64,000 nucleotides of DNA, from the NCBI GenBank assembly GCA_963666315.2, contig CAXXHG010000008.1, positions 96,001 to 160,000 on the forward strand, in the 5' to 3' direction. Position 1 is the first letter of the stretch. The number at the start of each line of letters is the position of its first letter. The notes under the pieces were generated by a model. That model was not told the origin of the DNA, did no database searches, and worked only from the letters and a program-made list of their open reading frames with translations. A program made the position numbers and the translations under genes. Below, one piece after another: positions 29,398-39,358 of this stretch. The DNA is from Candidatus Binatia bacterium (GTDB lineage: Bacteria; Desulfobacterota; Binatia; Bin18).

Positions 29398-32340
29398 TTA
29401 CGCTCGCACGCGCTTGCCTTGAGGATCATAAAACGTCTCGTTGACGATATCCGCTTGCGTGAGCTCGCCGTTGATACGAATCTGAAAAGGGCCATCTTGG
29501 CTTGCCAGCTCAATAGGAACCCAGGCCAAGCCGATACATGTACCTACGGATGGACTGAAGCGTGCACTGGCGACTCTGCCCACCGGCTTGCCGTTCAGCA
29601 CGACGGCCTGACCGCCTTCCGCAACACCCGAGTCGCGCAGTCTGAAACCAACCAGCTTCTGACGCAGTCCACGCTCTTGAACGGCCTGCAGCGCCTGTTT
29701 GCCAATAAAATCGTCTTTGTTGAACTTGACGACCCACGCCAGGTCGGCTTCGAGCGGGTTAGACAGGGCGTCGGTATCCTGGCCGACAATCAGATGCTTT
29801 TTCTCCAAGCGTAATATGCGCTGCGCTTCAACGCCAAACGGTGCAATATCGAATTCCTGGCCGGCGGCCAGCAGCGCGTCCCACACCAGCTCGCCGCACT
29901 CAGCCGGAACATGGACTTCCCAGCCTGTCTCGCCAACAAATCCGATACGCAGCAGGAGTGCGGATACGCCTGCCACTTCAGTTTGGGCACAAGCCATATA
30001 CGGAAACGCATCCGAAGAGAGATCGACGTCGGTTATCCGACTGAGGACCTGTCGAGCCTGCGGACCGGCAATATTCATGGCTGCCAGCCCGCCCGTGACG
30101 TTGGTGACATGGGCGCACAGATCCGTACCCGCCGTCCACCACTTGAGCCACTGTTCAACAAATTCGATATTGCCGGTCGTGGTAGTCAAAAAGAAATGAT
30201 TGTCGGCCAAGCGCGAGACTGTGCCGTCGTCGACAATGATCCCGGCGTCATCGCACATCACGCCGTAGCGGATGCGTCCTATACGCAGAGAAGAAAACGT
30301 ATGCGTATATACCTTGTCGAGGAGCTGGGCGGCGTCTTTGCCCTTGACCTCCAGTTTGCCCAAGGTGCTGACATCGATAATGCCGACCCGTTCGCGCACA
30401 GCGCGGTACTCTTCAGCCGGTGTCGTATACGCGTAGGGGCGTTTCCAATTGCTCAGCAGCATCATCTGCGCGCCGAGAACAATATGCCGATGATGCAGCG
30501 GAGTATGTTTTTCGGGTTGATAGTTGCGGCCGGCGAGTACACCCAGGGGAACGGGTTTAATGGGCGGACGCGCTGTTGTGGTGCGTGCCGCGGCAAGACC
30601 AGCGCCTGAATATTTGGCACAGATGCGTAGCGACGAAGTGGCGCACATACGGCCCTGACACGGTCCCATGGAGAACGTGCTATAGCGCTTGAGGGTTTCC
30701 ACTTCGTCAAAGCCTTCGGCAACGCCGTGCGCGAGGTCTTTTTGTGTAACATCTTCACACACACACACAAACTGCTTTTTTTCCGCTGGCATAGTACGAG
30801 GCCGTACATACGGCTCAACCTGCTGCCGATAGTCCTGCTCCAGGGCTGCGAGTTCTTCAAGTTCTTTTTGAGCGGATGCAAGCTGGGACTGTTCGGCTTC
30901 CGCTTTTGCCTGGCCGCTGCGGCCGGCCGCTTGTCGACCGGCTAGACGGCCTTGGAGTAGAGTCGCCGCGAGATGATGAATTCCGGTGACATCGCCGGCA
31001 CAAAAGACGTGTGACGGAAGCTGTTGCGGCACCATCTCTGCGAGCGCCTCGTCATACTGCAGTTCGCCTCCGCTCTGGGCAATCAGCGCTCCGGCTGGAG
31101 CTCGGTCGCTAGAGACACACAGCAGGTCACATGAAATAAAACGGCTCGCCCTCGGAAAGGCGTTGTGCTGGGCGTCATGCGGAACGACGCGGACGCCTTC
31201 TAGCTGCGCGCGCCCGTGGGCTGCTTGAATGGTATACGAGGTGAGCAATTCGACTCCGCCGGCTCGCAGCTGCTTGGCGGCTGCACGCGCTTCCGGCAGA
31301 CGAAAGCGCGAGTCGACCACGGCGGCAATCTGTACCCCGGCATCCAGCAGTTCGCACGCCAGAGCCAAGCCCGCTTCGTCATGACTAACCACGACGGCCC
31401 GCCGACCAGGCGCGAGCCCGTATAGATGCAGCAGGCGCCGCACGCCACTGCCTAACATGACCCCCGGTAGATCGTTGTTGTGAAAGACGGGAGGGTACTC
31501 GTAACTGCCGGTGGCAATAATCAGATGCTGAGTGCGCACATGAATCAGCCGCTTGGCCTGCATGACGCCTAGCAAACCTGCTTCATAAGCGCCAAAAACA
31601 GTCGCCGACTGGATGAGTTCAATATTCGGCTGGGCGCGGACTTGCTCGGATAATCTGCGGGCAATGTCGAATCCAGCCAAACCACTGTATTCGCCAATGC
31701 CCTGATAAGAGGTGGTCTGAGATCGCAAATGGCCGCCGAGTTCTAGCTGATCGTCAATCAACGTAACCCGAACTCCAAGCCGCGCGGCCTCATATGCTGC
31801 GCTCAAACCCGCAGGCCCAGCGCCGACCACGGTAAGCTGAGTGTGGCGGTATTGGTGATCATAGCCAGCCTGTGGCTTGGCGTGTGGATCGATTTTTCCC
31901 AGGCCCGCCGCGCGGCGCAGAAATTTTTCGGCCAGCGGCCACATAAAGCGGGGGCGAATAAAGGTCTTATAATAAAATCCAACCGGCAGCAGCCAATCGA
32001 ATTTGTCGATAATCGAGAGGGCATCCCGTTGCAGCGACGGCCAGACATTTTGCGGCTGGACGCGCATACCTTGGCGCACCGGTTGCATACACGTCCGCAC
32101 GCTGGGTGTGCCGTCGACATTCATCAGACAGTTGGGGCAATTGCCCGCAGTGCACAACAGTCCGCGCGGGCGATGATATTTAAAGCTGCGACTAAAAATG
32201 CGTGTGCCAGCGGCGTATAGCGCGGATGCAATCGTATCACCAGCCTGGGCCGTAATCGTTTCATCAGCAAAAGTGAACGTCAGTGTTTTGTCATGAGCTA
32301 TGACCTGAGCGGGATGGGCGGGAAGTCTGTTTGCATTCAT
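29398..32340 (-). CDS. mgdC: N-methylglutamate dehydrogenase/sarcosine oxidase alpha subunit
   Basis: GDTIASAL, SRSFKYHRPRG, CPNC, GAGPAGL, CVCEDVT, KRYST.SMGPCQG, DVSTLGK and a GcvT domain; ATGA overlap with the delta gene. Confidence 0.92.
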   Translation of the reverse strand: MNANRLPAHPAQVIAHDKTLTFTFADETITAQAGDTIASALYAAGTRIFSRSFKYHRPRGLLCTAGNCPNCLMNVDGTPSVRTCMQPVRQGMRVQPQNVWPSLQRDALSIIDKFDWLLPVGFYYKTFIRPRFMWPLAEKFLRRAAGLGKIDPHAKPQAGYDHQYRHTQLTVVGAGPAGLSAAYEAARLGVRVTLIDDQLELGGHLRSQTTSYQGIGEYSGLAGFDIARRLSEQVRAQPNIELIQSATVFGAYEAGLLGVMQAKRLIHVRTQHLIIATGSYEYPPVFHNNDLPGVMLGSGVRRLLHLYGLAPGRRAVVVSHDEAGLALACELLDAGVQIAAVVDSRFRLPEARAAAKQLRAGGVELLTSYTIQAAHGRAQLEGVRVVPHDAQHNAFPRASRFISCDLLCVSSDRAPAGALIAQSGGELQYDEALAEMVPQQLPSHVFCAGDVTGIHHLAATLLQGRLAGRQAAGRSGQAKAEAEQSQLASAQKELEELAALEQDYRQQVEPYVRPRTMPAEKKQFVCVCEDVTQKDLAHGVAEGFDEVETLKRYSTFSMGPCQGRMCATSSLRICAKYSGAGLAAARTTTARPPIKPVPLGVLAGRNYQPEKHTPLHHRHIVLGAQMMLLSNWKRPYAYTTPAEEYRAVRERVGIIDVSTLGKLEVKGKDAAQLLDKVYTHTFSSLRIGRIRYGVMCDDAGIIVDDGTVSRLADNHFFLTTTTGNIEFVEQWLKWWTAGTDLCAHVTNVTGGLAAMNIAGPQARQVLSRITDVDLSSDAFPYMACAQTEVAGVSALLLRIGFVGETGWEVHVPAECGELVWDALLAAGQEFDIAPFGVEAQRILRLEKKHLIVGQDTDALSNPLEADLAWVVKFNKDDFIGKQALQAVQERGLRQKLVGFRLRDSGVAEGGQAVVLNGKPVGRVASARFSPSVGTCIGLAWVPIELASQDGPFQIRINGELTQADIVNETFYDPQGKRVRA

Positions 32341-32591
32341 ACCGATGGAATCCGTGTCTCTCTGACAACATTCGTGCGTGTATCCCGAATCGCGAAAAAC
32401 CAGCTGCGACAGCCCATCAGGTGATACCACCATTCTTTGTGTTCACCGGCTTCGTTTTTTCGCATGTGCAAATACTCGGCCCAGTCGTGTTGAGAAACCG
32501 GACCTACGGGACGTTCACGAAACTCGCCCCCGAACCGGAATTCATACACGCTGCGCTCGCCACAGTTGGGACAGTCTAAGAGAAATGACAT
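32337..32591 (-). CDS. mgdB: N-methylglutamate dehydrogenase/sarcosine oxidase delta subunit
   Basis: CPNCGER...EF..GG, N.AG..EWWYH..GC..WF...RDTRTN. Confidence 0.92.
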   Translation of the reverse strand: MSFLLDCPNCGERSVYEFRFGGEFRERPVGPVSQHDWAEYLHMRKNEAGEHKEWWYHLMGCRSWFFAIRDTRTNVVRETRIPSV

Positions 32592-32596
32592 GCCGA

Positions 32597-33943
32597 CTAC
32601 CGCTGAGACGCCGGTTTCCAGCCCGGACCCCCGCAGAAGACCACGTTCGTTCCAGTGAGAGGAATGCCGGTAATCATCGAGGATTCCAGAGTTAAGGCGC
32701 GCAGGTCTTCGGGTTCCAAGTCATGCACGTCGGATTTGCCGCAGGCGCGGGCCAGCATCTGAATTTCGAGCGTCATGGCGTTAAAAAAGTTCACCACGCG
32801 TTCCGCGCCGGCGTCAATATCCAACCGCTGCATCAGCTCCGGATCTTGGGTGGTGATACCGACCGGACAGCGTCCGGTATGGCAGTGATGGCAAGCGTAG
32901 GGTTCGGCCCCGATCTTATGGTAGTCGTCGATGTATAAAGGTTTGTTGCAGTTCAGCGCGATCAGCGCGGCCGTGCCGAGGTAGACAGCGTCTGCGCCCA
33001 GCGCGAGGGCTTTCGCCGCAGCCGTGCCGCTGTGTATGCCACCCGCAATAATCAACTGGACTTCGCCGTATAGACCGCAGTCTTCCAGCGCAGCCCGCGC
33101 TTCACATACCGCCGCGAGGGTCGGTATGCCGGTATGCTCAAGCAGGATGTCGGGTGATGCCCCGGTGCCGCCTTCCATGCCATCCACGACGACAACGTCA
33201 GCCCCGGCTTTGGCCGCCAGTTTGACATCGTCAAACACCCGTGCGGCGCCCATTTTCACAAAAATAGGCACCTGCCAGTCGGTGGCCTCACGCAGCTCCT
33301 CTATTTTCGTGACCATATCGTCCGGGCCGAGCCAGTCCGGATGGCGACACGGGCTGCGCTGGTCCACGCCGGGGGGCAGGTCGCGTAGCTCGGCAATTTC
33401 GTCTGAGACTTTGGACTCGAGTAATAGGCCCCCGGTCCCGGGCTTAGCCCCCTGTCCGACGGTGAGTTCGATAGCGTTGGCCTGACGCATATGATGGACG
33501 TTAATGCCATACCGGCTGGGTAAGACTTCATAGATGAGCACATTGGAATGCTCACGCTCGGCGGCCAACATGCCGCCATCGCCGGTGGTGGTCGACGTCC
33601 CCGTCTGGGCGGCCGCTTTAGCTAAGGCGACTTTGGCATTGTACGACAGCGCGCCATAACTCATGCCCGTCACCATGATAGGGATATCGAGTTCAATCGG
33701 ATTCTCGGCAAAGCGACCGCCCAGGATCGTCTTGGTCGAACACTTCTCACGGTAGCCTTCGAGCGGCACGCGGGTGAGCGTACACGGGATAAAAGTAAGA
33801 TCCTCAAAAGAAGGCAGGGGCCGGCTGCGCAGCGCGCTAAAGCCGCGTATCCGGTAGCGGCCGAGGTCTGCCTTGACTTGGATGTCTTCGATTGTTTCCG
33901 GCCGCCAGGTGGTGCTGTGTCGGATAACAGGTCGTTCGCTCAT
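32597..33943 (-). CDS. mgsC: N-methylglutamate synthase FMN subunit
   Basis: PLEGYREKC.TK, GMSYGALS, GQGAKPG.GG.L, RSPCRHPDWLGPDD, CHHCHTGRCPVGITTQDP. Confidence 0.92.
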   Translation of the reverse strand: MSERPVIRHSTTWRPETIEDIQVKADLGRYRIRGFSALRSRPLPSFEDLTFIPCTLTRVPLEGYREKCSTKTILGGRFAENPIELDIPIMVTGMSYGALSYNAKVALAKAAAQTGTSTTTGDGGMLAAEREHSNVLIYEVLPSRYGINVHHMRQANAIELTVGQGAKPGTGGLLLESKVSDEIAELRDLPPGVDQRSPCRHPDWLGPDDMVTKIEELREATDWQVPIFVKMGAARVFDDVKLAAKAGADVVVVDGMEGGTGASPDILLEHTGIPTLAAVCEARAALEDCGLYGEVQLIIAGGIHSGTAAAKALALGADAVYLGTAALIALNCNKPLYIDDYHKIGAEPYACHHCHTGRCPVGITTQDPELMQRLDIDAGAERVVNFFNAMTLEIQMLARACGKSDVHDLEPEDLRALTLESSMITGIPLTGTNVVFCGGPGWKPASQR

Positions 33944-34629
33944 AATGCCTCCCGCCAGGTCTGGAAATCTTTTTTGTCAAACTGCCACAAGCGTTTGCCG
34001 GACACTATTTTTTGAAAGGCAGCCGGAGGGTCGATATCGTACTGGACCAGCATCGCGTCGAGAAAGAGACTTTCTTCAGCCGTAACATCCTCAATGACGG
34101 CATCATTGCCTAAGTCTGAAATCTGACCGCCGACAAAGATGCGGCCGGCATACATTGAATCGCCGAGTGCCTCTGCCGTATCCCCACACACTACGATGGT
34201 TCCTTTTTGCATCATGAAGCCGGTCATATAGCCGCTATTGCCCTGAACGATGAGGCAGCCGCCCTTCATGGCAATGCCGGCCCCGAGAGCTCGCACTGCC
34301 GTGGATCACGACTGTCCCACCTCGAATAGAGGCGGCCGCGCTGTTGCCCGCATTTTGGCCCAGAACGACTGTGCCGTTCAGCATACTTTCTGCAAGTCCC
34401 CAGCCACAGCTGCCTTGGATCTTAATGGTTGGACATCCATCAGGCCGCCACAGTAATAACCCACGCTACCCGTGATAGTCAGTGTGATTTGCTGCAGAAT
34501 AGCCACGCCGAGATTATGTCGCGCTTGGGGATGGAGAACCCGGATTTCCTGCTCGCCAGCTTGAATCAGCCGGCGGATTTCTCGGTTTATTTCGCGGGAA
34601 ATTTTCCCCTGGCAGTCGACTTCTTTCAC
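33940..34629 (-). CDS. mgsB: N-methylglutamate synthase GXGXG subunit (frameshifts near 34434 and 34282)
   Basis: REIN, P.ARHNLGV, GSVGYYCGGL, GWGLAESMLNG, AGIAMKGG, GFMMQKG, LGDSMY reconstructed across homopolymer indels; start 34629 or 34680. Confidence 0.85.
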
Positions 34630-34664
34630 GGCACTCCCCCTTTTTTGCCGTACAATATGCCCAC

Positions 34665-35604
34665 TTACTGCGACCGCCAAGTCGCGACCTCATTCACGCC
34701 AGGCTCCCAGACCCGAAAGTCGTCTCTCAGCGCTGTCCGCAAGGCCTGTTCTTCAGTCGCAATCGCAACGTAAGCCGCTGTCTCAGTCACCACCAGGGGT
34801 TTGAAAGCGAACGGATCTTTGACATAGCCGAGGCAGTCGTCCGTGGCTGCAAGATAACTGAATGCGCCGTCAAAATCTTTGAGCGACGTCTGCAGGGCGT
34901 CTTCAAAGCCGGCACCTTGAGACATCTGATCGGCGATATACAGGCCGATAATTTCCGAGTCATTGCCGGTATAGAAATGATGCCCTTGCTGCTCATAGAT
35001 GCGCCGCATCTTGTGATAATTCGTAATATGTCCGTTATGGACCACGGCCACATCGGATCGGCCATGCGCCCAAAAGGGTTGCGAGTGACTCAGGTCCACC
35101 CGGCTTTCTGTTGACATGCGCGTATGCCCAATGCCATGCGTTCCCACAAGAGCAGAGACCGCGTACGTGGCTTCAAGATTGGCTGGAGAGCCGACCTGTT
35201 TGACGATTTCGAGCCGTGTGCCCATGCTGACAACTTCGATCTGGGCACCCGCAGCTACGCCTCCCGTGGCTGCGCCAGCGGCTACTATTGTTTGCTCTAG
35301 CTGTTTTGGATGCTCTTGAGATGCGACGACCAGACGCAGCGACGGACCCCTGAATTCTTGAGTCCAAAACAGAGCCCACGCTGTTTACTTGTTCGATCAC
35401 GCGGGCCGCGATGGTATCAAATGGACCCTGCTCGCCCAGCTTGATCCGTACAACATAGTGGTCACTGCCGTGATCCCCATACAGCGCCACCCCGCTTGAA
35501 TCCGGTCCGCGGCGCGCCAAGGCCGACAACATATCGAGCAGCGTCCGCCCCACCGGCGCCTGCGTATTCCCCGTCTTATCTAAAAATCCGACGATGCCAC
35601 ACAT
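34665..35604 (-). CDS. mgsA: N-methylglutamate synthase class II glutamine amidotransferase subunit (frameshift near 35347)
   Basis: MCGIVG, RGPDSSG, IGHTRMSTES, SQPF, VHNGHITNY, NDSE, KDPFAFKP; +1 G in a GGGG run. Confidence 0.88.
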
Positions 35605-35638
35605 AAGAGTTCATATTCTAAATGTATCTTTTAGCGAT

Positions 35639-36634
35639 TTACTGCATGAAGGTTAACGGACTACCTGCGATCAGCGGCTGCAAGTTGCGCCGATACTCTT
35701 CCGGCTTGGCGACTTCTTCGATGAGCCACTCGATAGCACGCTCATAAAAATTCATCATAATCATGAACAGGCTATTATACGCATCCACATAACGATTACA
35801 CACATAGGCCACCGTCTCTTCGCCACGTCGCTCTACGGCTGCGTAGTGGGTGATCAGGTCCACGTCGCTCAACGTGTGTTGGATGTCCTCATCCACAAAA
35901 CGCACATTCTCTTGTTCCATGTCCGTCACCAACTGAACAACGTTCCCAGACTGACACAGGTCCAACTCTATGGTGACAGGTAAGGCGATGTCCAGAGGTG
36001 GCGGTTTCCGCTTGGCAAACTGCTGAACTGCGCGTCGAGCGCCCTCACGAATACGGGCATGGCTTTCACTCAGCGGCAGATGTTTACCTTTGGAATAGCC
36101 GAGCGATTTTTTGACCTCAACATATTCGATGTCGCCGAACAGCGGGCGCGCCTGCTCGATTGTTTTGTCGTCTCCCGACAGCATGAGAACGGGCACGTCA
36201 AAACTACTCACCAGAAAGCCGTTCAGGCCATATTCACCGACCGACAGACCATTGACGCGGACATCTTGGAAGGCCGGGATCCAGGTGTGGCTGAGGATGC
36301 CGTCCTTGGTGCCGGCTTTGGAGTGATAGCCAATAAACAGGGCGCCATCAAAGCCGGGATTGAAGCCTTTGAACTGACACAGATTGCGCTTCAGGCCGGA
36401 CTTGAGTGTAGCCTTGGGATGCACATCTTTGGGCCGAATGTTGCACATATAGCCGTGCGAGTCACAGACCACGACGTCAGAGGCACCTCCTTCGATTGCG
36501 CCTTGCACGGCGGCATTGACATCGCCGGCCATAATCCGTCGAAACGTTTGATAGCCTGGCAGACCCCGAAAGACCTCCTCCACCGTTTCGACCCCGGAAA
36601 TGCCTTCCATGTCTACCGAGATGAAAATGCGCAT
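35639..36634 (-). CDS. M55 family (DppA-like) zinc D-aminopeptidase/amidase with a C-terminal extension
   Basis: ISVDMEGISGV, DVNAA..GA, DSHG...N, IGYHSKAG...GILSHT, GEYGLN, SGDD. Confidence 0.9.
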   Translation of the reverse strand: MRIFISVDMEGISGVETVEEVFRGLPGYQTFRRIMAGDVNAAVQGAIEGGASDVVVCDSHGYMCNIRPKDVHPKATLKSGLKRNLCQFKGFNPGFDGALFIGYHSKAGTKDGILSHTWIPAFQDVRVNGLSVGEYGLNGFLVSSFDVPVLMLSGDDKTIEQARPLFGDIEYVEVKKSLGYSKGKHLPLSESHARIREGARRAVQQFAKRKPPPLDIALPVTIELDLCQSGNVVQLVTDMEQENVRFVDEDIQHTLSDVDLITHYAAVERRGEETVAYVCNRYVDAYNSLFMIMMNFYERAIEWLIEEVAKPEEYRRNLQPLIAGSPLTFMQ

Positions 36635-36660
36635 ACGGCCCCCTTATATGCTTACTCCGC

Positions 36661-36702
36661 CGTAGGTCGAATCGTAGGACGGATTAGCGTAGCGTAATCC
36701 GA
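36661..36702 (+). repeat. GTAG-family REP-like palindrome with a partial upstream duplicate
   Basis: CGTAGGTCGAAT-CGTAGGACGGATTAGCGTAGCGTAATCCGA. Confidence 0.75.
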
Positions 36703-36719
36703 TATCGTTCCTCATGCCC

Positions 36720-36833
36720 TCATCCCTGATCCTCTTCCCACGCCGCCGCCACCTCGCGCATGGTCGTGAACCACACACCAGGTGTGGCGTAGATGTGTTG
36801 AATAACACTCTCCAGCAAGGCCCCCAAACGCAT
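36720..36833 (-). pseudogene. C-terminal remnant of a polysaccharide deacetylase/PuuE-like gene
   Basis: Manual translation MRLGALLESVIQHIYATPGVWFTTMREVAAAWEEDQG resembles the family C-terminus. Confidence 0.6.
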
Positions 36834-36866
36834 CGAATCGTATGATTTTCGGCGGTCACAGTACAC

Positions 36867-36941
36867 GTCATTGCGAGCGAAGCGAAGCAATCTGTAGCGG
36901 GCAAAGAGATTGCCTCGTCGCCTACGGCTCCTCGCAATGAC
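36867..36941. repeat. GTCATTGCGAG-type palindromic element
   Basis: GTCATTGCGAGCGAAGCGAAGCAATCT...GAGATTGCCTCGTCGCCTACGGCTCCTCGCAATGAC. Confidence 0.8.
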
Positions 36942-36992
36942 ACATCCTCCCCCTTTTCCAAATATCTTCTAGGGAATCCCTCGTCGTCGTGT

Positions 36993-37025
36993 TCCCCGGA
37001 TTCCACTCCGTTCCATCCAGGCTAC
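36993..37025 (-). repeat. GTAG-family REP-like palindrome (second type)
   Basis: Minus strand GTAGCCTGGATGGAACGGAGTGGAATCCGGGGA. Confidence 0.7.
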
Positions 37026-37074
37026 TAGGTGGAAGTGCTTTAGAATTGTCCTATGGATCTGAGCGATTGGACAC

Positions 37075-37310
37075 ACCCAGGGAGACACAACGATTTTTTT
37101 GGTATCACCAACCTTTAGTCCCGTCAGCTGTTTTTCTAGACCTGGGACAATCTGTTTGGAGCCATGAGTATACACGAGCGGTTTTTTGGCCACACTTGAC
37201 TCTAAGACTGTCTCATCTTGGAGCGTCAGGATGTATTGGAGCGAAACGCGTTTGCCATTGCAATCGTCTCTTCTGCATGACCGGAGGCCGCAAGCACTAA
37301 GCGCCCCTAT
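37075..37310 (-). pseudogene. N-terminal fragment of an FKBP/SlyD-type peptidyl-prolyl isomerase
   Basis: GKRVSLQY.LTL.D.TVLESS..K.PLVYTHG..QIVPGLEKQL.GLKVGDTKKIVVSP, then truncated; limits approximate. Confidence 0.75.
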
Positions 37311-37381
37311 CACTTCGTGGTGTACAAAAGAAGAGCTTGGATCGCGCATATGCTCCCACATATTCCGCACTCACGAATGGG

Positions 37382-38134
37382 CTAGGTATCGTGCTGGGTG
37401 TTGCGAGAGGCCCGCATCCGCGAGCGTATGGAAAGCACATACAGCAGCAGAAACAGGGCCAGCAAGCACTCTTTCACCTCTCCCAAGCGAGTCATCAGCT
37501 CTACCGGGAGCGCCAGGTCAAACTGTTTCGCGATTTTTCGTGGCGCAGTGGAATTGACCCCTAAGAAGGCTGCTGGCAGGCAGGTGGCAGTCGGTCATAA
37601 CCAGTACTGACAGCCTTTTGGGTCAAAACGAATATTGGCAATGCGGAACACGATCGGCGCAATAATTCCCCCGCCAATAGCAAACAGGGTCAACGCATTG
37701 CGTGGCAGCTGGCCCGCAATTTTCCCAACTATGCCTTTAATACTATGGACGTTTGTTTCATGTTGCGTGTTGAGTCCCTGCCAGCTATGTGGCGTTTGCC
37801 AGCCGATGAAGTGCTGGCCCCAGCTTAATTCCTCGCCTACAAAATACAGACAGCCGAGGGCCCAGAGGACAAGAACGAGACGGACGGTGTGAGGCAGGTC
37901 GGCCGGCGCTTGGCGATACGTCATCACACCGACGCTGATCGCAAGTAATAAAAAGAGCACCGTCAGGTTTTCGATCACGCCAAATTCGGAGCGGACGAAC
38001 CAAATATAGGCACTCGGATCTATCAGCCACACACCGTACGGAGCGAGTGCGATGCTCACCGGTAGCCACACATACAGCCACGGTGCACTATCGGTAAAAT
38101 ATTGCGGCTGGCTACACACACACGCACCATACAC
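37382..38134 (-). pseudogene. Polytopic membrane protein with an in-frame TGA at 37595
   Basis: E.GVIENLT, EELSWGQH, N.Q.ETN.H; the frame continues YWL*PTATCLP...GEVKECLLALFLLLY to a TAG at 37382. Confidence 0.65.
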
Positions 38135-38224
38135 GAGCAGAAGATAGGCGGCGAGCAGTCCGAACCCTCACCCGGGATCTCATCTCCGCTTCTTGCTTCG
38201 TCTAGGCGACGTTTGCAGATCGCC

Positions 38225-38656
38225 TTAATGACCCTGACCCGGCGGTGCAAGCTGGTCAGGCGTCACCCATTCTTCTGACATGCCATTCGCAAACTCCGGC
38301 GGAAGCGCTGTGACCGGAACGCCTTCGAACTCTTGAGGAACCGCCGCTGGCCGGTTCGTATACACATACACAACACCAACGCCAGGTCGGACGGCAACTA
38401 CCCCTGGGAGCTGCGCTAAGGCATGCTGCGTAGTCGTGTATTGTTTTTCAAACGCGCGTACTTCCGACGTCTTATACGCTTGCAGAGCCCGACGGGAGAC
38501 CTCACGTCCCCGCGCGTCTTTTATCCCGTGCGGGATATCGGCTCGTCGCAGCGCAGCCAAGTCTCCCTTGGGTTGCGCTGCGCAGGACCAGCTCGATACA
38601 AATCCCGCTAGAAGGAGTCCAAGCAAGCATCTGTGGGTTTGTCTTTGCATACGCAA
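38225..38656 (-). CDS. Hypothetical secreted protein/lipoprotein
   Basis: Hydrophobic signal ending SWSC; VYTNRPAAVPQEFEGVPV. Confidence 0.55.
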   Translation of the reverse strand: MRMQRQTHRCLLGLLLAGFVSSWSCAAQPKGDLAALRRADIPHGIKDARGREVSRRALQAYKTSEVRAFEKQYTTTQHALAQLPGVVAVRPGVGVVYVYTNRPAAVPQEFEGVPVTALPPEFANGMSEEWVTPDQLAPPGQGH

Positions 38657-38701
38657 CCTATCGTTTCCGTGTGGTTTGTCCGGCTTGAATCTGATCCTAC
38701 A

Positions 38702-39238
38702 TTAAGAGCGAACGATCGTTCCATTCATAGATTTTCCCCCAGGGCCACCTTCGTAGCCGTCGCCATGCGGGTCGGGTAAACGCAGTGGCTTATGCATAAT
38801 CCCGTGCGAGTCAGGCACGCTCTGGCGCCATTCGAGGTCGGGCACCCGCAGGACTCGGTTTTGGGTATAGGACGGAGGGAAGGCCGGGATGTTTGGATTC
38901 CAAAAGACAAATACGTTTGCCCCAGCCTGAGAATGCAGCTCTCCACCCCCGCGGCCTTGCGGGATATGGATATAGCCACTCGGTCCTACCGTGCTGTCCC
39001 CCGAGCTGAGATCGCCCCGGAGCACGAACAGTTCGAGGGCAGCGTCTTTGCCGTCGGTTTCACGCCGCCAACCAGCTGGAAGCTCAATTAGATAGGTGTG
39101 TGCATCGCTGTGCGCATCACTGCTTAACAAGGCGCCGGGAAGATCTTCTATACACGTAGGGCCGTCCAGGCGGCTGCGTTGCAACCCAGCGTAATTGTAG
39201 AATTGGGGTTTATCTCGTCGCCAATGTTCGCTGCCCAT
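38702..39238 (-). pseudogene. ChrR/DUF4437-like cupin protein, apparently 3'-truncated
   Basis: AGGAG RBS; LLSSD, ELPAGW, ELFVLRGDL, GYIHIP; second cupin begins (HGIMHKPLR.PD) and breaks off after GGPGG. Confidence 0.55.
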
Positions 39239-39290
39239 GCGTTTTCTCCTTTTAAGAATAACACTCCAGTTCCAAGACCAATTTCATCGA

Positions 39291-39314
39291 TCGGGTTAGC
39301 GTAGCGTAACTCGA
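39291..39314. repeat. Degenerate REP-like palindrome
   Basis: TCGGGTTAGCGTAGCGTAACTCGA, related to the 36674 copy. Confidence 0.6.
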
Positions 39315-39358
39315 CACCACATGGCTATACAGACTCTCAAGAGCGAGCGGCATACTTT

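Noticed and set aside
27403-32591. Annotation as a plain sarcosine oxidase with a glutamine synthetase
   Set aside because: Direct linkage to mgsABC and a GlnT-type synthetase matches the N-methylglutamate pathway; sarcosine activity cannot be excluded.
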